In this document: positions 57,966 to 64,000 of the stretch, in pieces | Layout: every line of letters starts with the position of its first letter | How positions within the stretch are numbered: position 1 is the stretch's first letter | Assembly: GCA_963803995.1 (NCBI GenBank) | Contig: CAWDOT010000005.1 | Location: forward strand, 179,154 to 243,153 | DNA length: 64,000 bases | Reading direction: 5' to 3' | From: an uncultured Acidobacteriota bacterium | Lineage (GTDB): Bacteria; Acidobacteriota; Thermoanaerobaculia; Multivoradales; JAGPDF01 | The notes under the pieces: generated by a model | What the model was told of the DNA's origin: nothing | Databases searched by the model: none | Seen by the model: the letters and a program-made list of their open reading frames with translations, nothing else | Position numbers and translations under genes: made by a program

Positions 57966-58787
57966 ATGTCGCAGAACGCCGTCGAGACCGCTCCGCGCAC
58001 GCTGGTGCACTACGAGGCCCGGGAGGGGGTCGCCTACCTGACCCTCGACGACCCGCCGGCCAACACCTACACCCACGAGATGATGCGCCAGCTCGACGAA
58101 GGCGATCCTCAAGGCCCGCTTCGACCCGGCGATCCACGTCATCGTGGTCACCGGCACCGGCGAGAAGATGTTCTGCGCCGGCGCCAACATCAACATGCTC
58201 AAGACGTCGGATCCGAACTTCAAGTACTACTTCTGCCTGCACGCCAACGAGACGCTGTCGCGGCTCGAGCAGACGCCGAAGCTGGTGATCGCCGCCCTCA
58301 ACGGCAACACGGTCGGCGGCGGCCTGGAGATCGCGATGGCGGCCGACCTGCGGATCGCCCGCCGCGGCCCGGCAAGTTCGGCCTGCCCGAGGTTTCGCTC
58401 GGCGTGCTGCCGGGCACCGGCGGCACCCAGCGCCTGGTGCGCATCGTGGGCAAGTCGACCGCGATCGAGCTGATGGTCACCGGCCGGCTGTTCGGGCTCG
58501 ACGAGGCCAAGGCGCTGGGCATCGTCGATGTGGTGATGGAGGCCGACACCCACGCCGCCTTCCAGGAGCAGGTCCACGCCTACGCGCGCCAGTTCTGCCC
58601 GCCCAACAAGGCCGCCCGCGCGGTCGGCCGGATCAAGCGCTCGGTCCAGTCGGGCGCCGAGATCCCCTTCGAGTCGGCCCTCACCCTGGAGCGGGAGCTG
58701 CAGCAGCAGCTCTTCCAGAGCGAGGACGCCAAGGAGGGGCTGGCCGCCTACGTCGAGAAGCGGCAGCCCGAGTTCAAGGCGCGGTAG
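57966..58787 (+). CDS. Enoyl-CoA hydratase/isomerase (crotonase), two frameshifts (about 58100, about 58370)
   Basis: MSQNAVETAPRTLVHYEAREGVAYLTLDDPPANTY, VVTGTGEKMFCAGANINML...AALNGNTVGGGLEIAMAADLRIA, ...GKFGLPEVSLGVLPGTGGTQRL in alternating frames. Confidence 0.75.
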   Translation: MSQNAVETAPRTLVHYEAREGVAYLTLDDPPANTYTHEMMRQLDEGDPQGPLRPGDPRHRGHRHRREDVLRRRQHQHAQDVGSELQVLLLPARQRDAVAARADAEAGDRRPQRQHGRRRPGDRDGGRPADRPPRPGKFGLPEVSLGVLPGTGGTQRLVRIVGKSTAIELMVTGRLFGLDEAKALGIVDVVMEADTHAAFQEQVHAYARQFCPPNKAARAVGRIKRSVQSGAEIPFESALTLERELQQQLFQSEDAKEGLAAYVEKRQPEFKAR

Positions 58788-58791
58788 AGCC

Positions 58792-59980
58792 ATGGCCGCG
58801 GCGCCTCGCCCTCGTCGCGCCGGTGCGCACGCCGATCGGCAAGTTCGGCGGCGCGCTCGGCCGCGCTCCCGGCGGCGGATCTCGGCGCCGCGGCGGCCCG
58901 CGCCTGCCTCGCGCGGGCCGGCCTGCCGCCCGATCGGATCGACCAGACGATCTTCGGCCACGCCCGCCAGGCCGGCGGCGGCCCCAACAGCGGCCGCCAG
59001 GTCGCCTGGCGCGTGGGGATCCCCGTCGATCGGCCGGCGTAGACCGTCAACCAGGCCTGCGGCTCGGGCCTGCAGGCGGTGATCTGCGGCCGCCCGCACC
59101 ATCCTGCTCGGCGAGGCCGAGCGTCGTCCTCGCCGGCGGCACCGAGAGCATGTCGAACACGCCCTACCTGCTGCCGCGCGCCCGCTGGGGCTACCGGCTG
59201 GGCAGCGACGAGATCGTCGATGGCATGTACCGCGACGGCTTCCTCGATCCGCTCTCCGGCCTGATCATGGGCGAGACCGCCGAAGAGCTCGCGGGCGAGT
59301 CGGGCATCGGCCGCGAGGCCTCCGATGCCTACGCCGCCGAGAGCCAGCACCGCTGCGAGGCGGCGCGCAAGGCGGGGCGCTTCGCCGCCGAGATCGCGCC
59401 GCTGGCGGTCGCCGGGCGCAAGGGCGAGACGCTGGTCGAAGCCGACGAGCACCCCCGCGACGGCGTCACCGTCGAAGCGCTGGCGAAGATGGCGCCGGTG
59501 TTCCGGCCGGGCGGCACGGTGACCGCCGGCAACGCCTCGGGCATCACCGACGGCGCCGCCGCCCTGCTGGTCGCCTCCGAGGCGGCGGTCGCCGAGCTCG
59601 GCCTGCCGGTCGCCGGCTGGCTGCTCGACTGGGAAGTGGTCGGCGTCGACCCGCGGATCATGGGGATCGGACCGGTGCCCGCCACCCGCCGGCTGCTGGC
59701 GCGGCGCGGCCTCGCCTTCGACGCCATCGAGGAGGTCGAGCTCAACGAAGCCTTCGCCTCCCAGGTGCTCGCCTGCCTGGCCGAGCTCCCCTTCGACCCC
59801 GCGCGGGTGAACCCCGACGGCGGCGCGATCGCCCTCGGTCACCCGATCGGCGCCACCGGCGCGCGCATCCTCGTCACGCTGCTCCACGGCATGGCCGCCC
59901 GCCGCCGTCGACTGGGGCTCGCCACGCTCTGCGTCTCGGGCGGTCTCGGTCTGGCCGCCCTGGTCGAGCGGGCCGACTAG
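58792..59980 (+). pseudogene. Acetyl-CoA C-acetyltransferase (thiolase II); N-terminal 100 codons scrambled by three frameshifts and an in-frame TAG (59040..59042) replacing the conserved Tyr of PAYTVNQACGSG
   Basis: VAPVRTPIGKFGGALGRAP / AADLGAAAARACLARAGLPPDRIDQTIFGHARQAGGGPNSGRQVAWRVGIPVDRPA*TVNQACGSGLQAV / VVLAGGTESMS... The C-terminal 300 aa is intact (ORF 58823..59980). Confidence 0.7.
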
Positions 59981-59988
59981 GAGGTCCG

Positions 59989-60741
59989 GTGCCGCGCATC
60001 CTGATCGCCTACCTGCGCGAGGACAAGGTCGGTCCCTACGTCGACGCGCTCGCCGCGGCCGGCCTCGATCGCTCCGAGGTCGTCCGCGCGACGCCGGAAC
60101 ACGCCGACAGCGCGCACCTCGATCAGCTCGTCGCGGGCGCCGACGGCCTGCTGCTCACCGGCGGCGCCGACGTCGACACGCGCCTCTACGGCGAGGAGCC
60201 GAATCCGCAGGCCCACCTCGACCCCCCGGTCCGCGAGCGCGACCAGATGGAGCGCGAGCTGCTCGACCGCGCGCGCCGGCGGGACATTCCGGTCTTCGCG
60301 ATCTGCCGGGGGCACCAGATGCTCAACGTCTTCCTGGGCGGCTCGCTCTTCCAGGACCTCGCGCTGCAGGCGGAGCGCGCCGGACACGACTGCTTCGTCG
60401 AGGACGGCTTCGCGCCCGACCACCGGGCGCACGAGGTGACCGCCACCGACGCCGACCATCCGTTCGCGCGCCGCCTGCGCGAGCTGGGCGACCCGCTCTC
60501 CGTCAACAGCCGCCACCACCAGGGCGTGCGCCGCCCGGGCTCCGGCATGGTGATCACCGCGCTCGCGCCCGACGGGCGTCATCGAGGCCGCCGCGCTCGA
60601 ACACCCCTCCTGGTGGGTGCGCTCGGTGCAGTGGCACCCCGAGAACCTGACCGCGGACCCGGCGCACCGCGCGCTGTTCGTCGACTTCCTGGCCGCCGCG
60701 CGCCAGCATGCCGAAGCGCGCCGGACGAAGCGGGTGCGATG
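59989..60741 (+). CDS. Class I glutamine amidotransferase-like / gamma-glutamyl hydrolase family (peptidase C26, PuuD-like), frameshift near 60585
   Basis: LLLTGGADVD, AICRGHQMLNVFLGGSLFQDL (catalytic Cys), ...VQWHPE in the +1 frame. Confidence 0.7.
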
Positions 60742-61713
60742 AGCGCGCCTCCCCGGCCCGAACGGCGCGCGCGGATCGCCCCGGAGCCGCCGTTGCGCCG
60801 ATTCTCCCGCTTTCTCCCGCCGGTCCTCCTCGCCCTCGCCGCACAGCTCGCCGGCGCCCCGGCCTCCGCCGAGAGCGTCGCCTTCGCCTTCGCGCCGCCG
60901 ACCGGCGCGAGCTTCGAGTACCGCGAGTGGGGCACCATCGCCTACAAGTGGGGAGCGCATGTCGACACGGTGGCGATCGGCCAGCGCAGCCGGTGGACCT
61001 TCGCGCCCGAAGGCTCCGGCCTGCGCCTGACCGAGGCCACCCAGGAGCTGGCGATGGCCAAGGAGGGCAAGCCCTTCCAGCACCCGCTCCTCGAGGCGGG
61101 CGCGAAGTCGACGACCGTCTACCACCTCGCGACCGACGGCGCGCTCCAGCGCATGGACGGGCTGCGCAGCAACACCGAGCGGGTGGTCGCCGCGCTCGAG
61201 GGCGAGGCGAAGGAGAGCGCGAAGAAGCGGCTCGCCGAGGGCCGGCTGGGCGAGTCCGAGCGCTGGCTCTGGTTCGAGCGCTTCGAGATCCTGGCGGGGC
61301 AGACGCTCGAGCTCGACCGCGACTACTGGTTCCGGACGGCCGCGCCGAGCGACGACGGCTGGGTCGCCTACCAGGTGCTCTTCCGCCTCGGCCCCTGGGA
61401 GACGACGCCGGAGGGGCGGCGGCTGCGCGTCCAGCTCGCCTACGTGGCGGACGCCCTCGCGACGATTCCCGCCGCGATCGAGCTCCGCCCGAAGATCCGC
61501 ACCCGATTCGATCCGGCCGCGCCGGGCAGGTTCCTGACCGGTTATCAGGTCCGCGGCAACGCGACCCGGCTGGTCGATCCGGCGACCGGCCTCGTCTGGC
61601 GCGAGCAGACCTTCCGCAGGGAGACGCACGTCGAGCGCCCGGTCGAGGAGATCGGCATCAGCATCTCGATCGAGGCGCGCACCGATTTCACGCTCACCCC
61701 GCTCGCCCCCTGA
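60738..61713 (+). CDS. Secreted hypothetical protein (325 aa)
   Basis: Start overlaps the previous stop (ATGA). Signal-like FLPPVLLALAAQLAGAPASA. No recognisable domain. Confidence 0.55.
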
Positions 61714-61750
61714 CGGCGCGCGGCTGAACCCCATCCCGGAGGAGCCGGCC

Positions 61751-62527
61751 ATGTCGAGAGTCGTCCTGTCCGAACGCGAGGGCCGCGTCGCGATCCTGAC
61801 CATCCACCGCCCCGACAAGCTCAACGCGCTGTCCGAGCAGGTCCGCGTCGAGCTGCTCGAGGAGCTCGCAGAGATCGAGAACGACGCCGGCGTCGGCGTG
61901 GTCGTGATCACCGGTTCCGGCGAGAAGTCCTTCATCGCCGGCGCCGACATCGCCGAGTTCGCCGGCCGCACGCCCTTCGACCAGCGCTGGGCGATGCGGA
62001 GCCCGCGCATCTTCGACGTGATGGCGTCGTTTCCGAAGCCGGTGATCGCGATGATCAACGGCTTCTGCCTGGGCGGCGGCTGCGAGCTCGCGATGTCGTG
62101 CGACCTGCGCATCGCCTCCGACAAGGCCCGCTTCGGCCAGCCCGAGATCAACCTCGGCCTGATCCCGGGCGGCGGCGGAACCCAGCGCCTCCCCCGCCTG
62201 GTCGGCACCGGCCAGGCGATGCGCCTGATCCTCACCGGCGACATGATCCCCGCCGCCGAGGCGAAGGAGATCGGGCTGGTCGACCAGGTCGTGCCGCACG
62301 AGGAGCTGCGCGCGAAGACGCTCGAGCTGGCGCAGAAGATCGCCGCCCGGAGCCCGCTCACGCTCAAGGTGGCCAAAGAAGCTGTGCGCGCCTCCGAGCG
62401 GCTGGCGATCGAGGAGGGGATCCTCTACGAACGCGACCTCTTCTGTCTCTGCTTCTCCTCCGCCGACAAGGAAGAGGGCGTCGCCGCTTTCCTCGCCAAG
62501 CGCCCCGCCGCCTGGACCGGGCGCTAG
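61751..62527 (+). CDS. Enoyl-CoA hydratase (crotonase family), intact
   Basis: VITGSGEKSFIAGADIAEF, AMINGFCLGGGCELAMSCDLRIA, INLGLIPGGGGTQRLPRLVG. Confidence 0.85.
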   Translation: MSRVVLSEREGRVAILTIHRPDKLNALSEQVRVELLEELAEIENDAGVGVVVITGSGEKSFIAGADIAEFAGRTPFDQRWAMRSPRIFDVMASFPKPVIAMINGFCLGGGCELAMSCDLRIASDKARFGQPEINLGLIPGGGGTQRLPRLVGTGQAMRLILTGDMIPAAEAKEIGLVDQVVPHEELRAKTLELAQKIAARSPLTLKVAKEAVRASERLAIEEGILYERDLFCLCFSSADKEEGVAAFLAKRPAAWTGR

Positions 62528-62684
62528 CCCGGTCCGCGCGCCGCGCGGCGGCCACCGGGGCTCCGGCGCGCCCGGCTTCGGCGGAAGCAGGAAGAAGAAG
62601 AGGAAGAAGAAGAAGCAAAGGCAAGAGCAAAAGCCCAATTAAGGGGAGGGGTGACACTCGAAGCGGCCGCTGGTCGGCCGGTAC

Positions 62685-62708
62685 GAGGGCGCCCCTCTTT
62701 CGTTTTCG
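62685..62708 (+). terminator. Rho-independent terminator candidate
   Basis: gaggg-cgc-ccctc hairpin followed by tttcgttttcg T-rich tail. Lies after the crotonase gene and a purine-rich tract. Confidence 0.5.
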
Positions 62709-63006
62709 AGGCCCCTGATCCGAGCCCGGACGCTGACACCGCCGCCGGATCGGCGACTCGGAGGCGCTTCCAGAAGAGGAGGTGGACGGCCCTCGCTCTG
62801 GACCATTTCCCTCACCACGGGCGATCCGCCCACCCTACCCCAGCCTCGCCAGGCACCCCCATCTATGGAGCTTCTCGCCGCGCCCGCCACGGCGGCCCCA
62901 CGGTCCCGAGCGCCCTGGCATCGCGCCTTCCGGTTGGGAATCGCACCTCCTCTCCGGTAGCCTTTCCCGGTCCAGTCCAGAACTTCGACAAGGAGCTCCC
63001 TCCATC

Positions 63007-64000
63007 ATGAAACTGCGGGTCGCTCGTCTGCTCGCCGCCCTCGGCGGCGTCGCGGTGCTCGTCGGTCTGCTCGCCACGCCGCTCGTCGCACAATCCGCCG
63101 CGCCAGCCGCGGAGCCCACCGCTTCTCTCGCCGCCGCGCCACCCGATTCTGCGACCGGCCCCGTGCCGGTGCCGGTGCCTTCCGAAAAGGCGATGCGCTA
63201 CTACCGGAGCGGCAACTGGCTCTGGGGGGTGGCGACGGTCTGGGGCTTCCTGGTGCCCCTCGCCTGGGTGGCGACCGGCTGGTCGGCGCGGCTGCGCACG
63301 CTCGCCCAGCGTTGGACCGGCGGGCGCTGGTATCCGACCGTCGTCGTCTACTTCCTGCTCTTCGCGGCGCTCGGCTTCCTGATCGACCTGCCGCTCGCGT
63401 ACTACTCCGACTACGTCCGTCCGCACGCCTACGACCTCTCGAACCAGACCCTGGGCAAGTGGCTCGGCGACGGATTCAAGGGGCTGGCCGTGGGCATGGC
63501 GGTCTCCGCCCTTTTCGCCTGGGTCCCCTTCTGGCTGCTGCGCCGGAGCCCGAAGCGCTGGTGGCTCTGGACCGCGGCGCTCTCGGTGCCCTTCGTCGCG
63601 CTGATGGTGCTGGTCACGCCGATCTGGATCGACCCGCTCTTCAACGAGTTCGGCCCGATGCAGGACAAGGCGCTGGAGGCCGACATCCTCTCGCTCGCCG
63701 AGCGCGCCGGCATCTCCGGCGGCCGCGTCTACGAAGTCGACAAGAGCGTCGACACCGAGGCGGTCAACGCCTACGTCACCGGCCTCGGCGAGACCAAGCG
63801 GATCGTGCTCTGGGACACCATCCTGAAGAAGCTGTCGCGCGAGCAGCTGCTCTTCGTGATGGCGCACGAGATGGGGCACTTCGTGCTCGGGCACGTGCTC
63901 AAGACGCTCGTCGTCGTGCCGCTGCTCGTGCTCGCCGGCCTCTGGCTGATCCACCGGACCTCGGGCGCGCTGCTGGCGCGTTACGGCAAGCGGTTCGGCT
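63007..64000 (+). CDS. M48-family zinc metallopeptidase (Ste24/HtpX-like), 3'-partial
   Basis: Signal/TM N-terminus, multiple TM helices, HEMGH motif (FVMAHEMGHFVLGH). The ORF runs off the window end. Confidence 0.75.
   Translation, partial: MKLRVARLLAALGGVAVLVGLLATPLVAQSAAPAAEPTASLAAAPPDSATGPVPVPVPSEKAMRYYRSGNWLWGVATVWGFLVPLAWVATGWSARLRTLAQRWTGGRWYPTVVVYFLLFAALGFLIDLPLAYYSDYVRPHAYDLSNQTLGKWLGDGFKGLAVGMAVSALFAWVPFWLLRRSPKRWWLWTAALSVPFVALMVLVTPIWIDPLFNEFGPMQDKALEADILSLAERAGISGGRVYEVDKSVDTEAVNAYVTGLGETKRIVLWDTILKKLSREQLLFVMAHEMGHFVLGHVLKTLVVVPLLVLAGLWLIHRTSGALLARYGKRFG

Overview
High-GC (about 70%) bacterial chromosomal window, gene-dense on both strands and mostly housekeeping and energy-metabolism genes. 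Gene content: a long minus-strand operon rnfB - pyruvate:ferredoxin oxidoreductase - rnfCDGEA - small Cys-rich membrane protein - ferredoxin-NADP reductase; cd1 nitrite reductase NirS followed by a TonB-dependent receptor; futalosine-pathway genes (MqnC/E-type radical SAM enzyme, MqnA/D-type); the conserved tig-clpP-clpX-lon block with two tRNAs (Leu-TAG, Lys-CTT); rho and engB; pgi-tal; a MacAB-type ABC efflux operon; a polyphosphate kinase 2; a vapBC toxin-antitoxin pair; an ECF sigma/anti-sigma pair beside a secreted TPR-CHAT protein; two tandem glycosyltransferase paralogues; a PAN/apple-domain secreted protein; a crotonase/thiolase block. The most interesting locus is at the 5' end (756..1867): a 73-aa peptide with a borosin-binding/Nif11-like leader, transcribed divergently from a SonM/OphMA-like alpha-N-methyltransferase. 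That is the signature of a split-borosin RiPP gene cluster. Many conserved single-copy genes (glnA, pgi, rho, lon, tig, PFOR and others) are broken by 1-nt indels, often at homopolymer runs, and one by an in-frame TAG. I read these as sequencing or assembly artefacts rather than biology. The long GC-frame ORFs in the track are mostly spurious. A 261-bp element bounded by 30-bp inverted repeats, and a dispersed A-rich motif family, are also noted.
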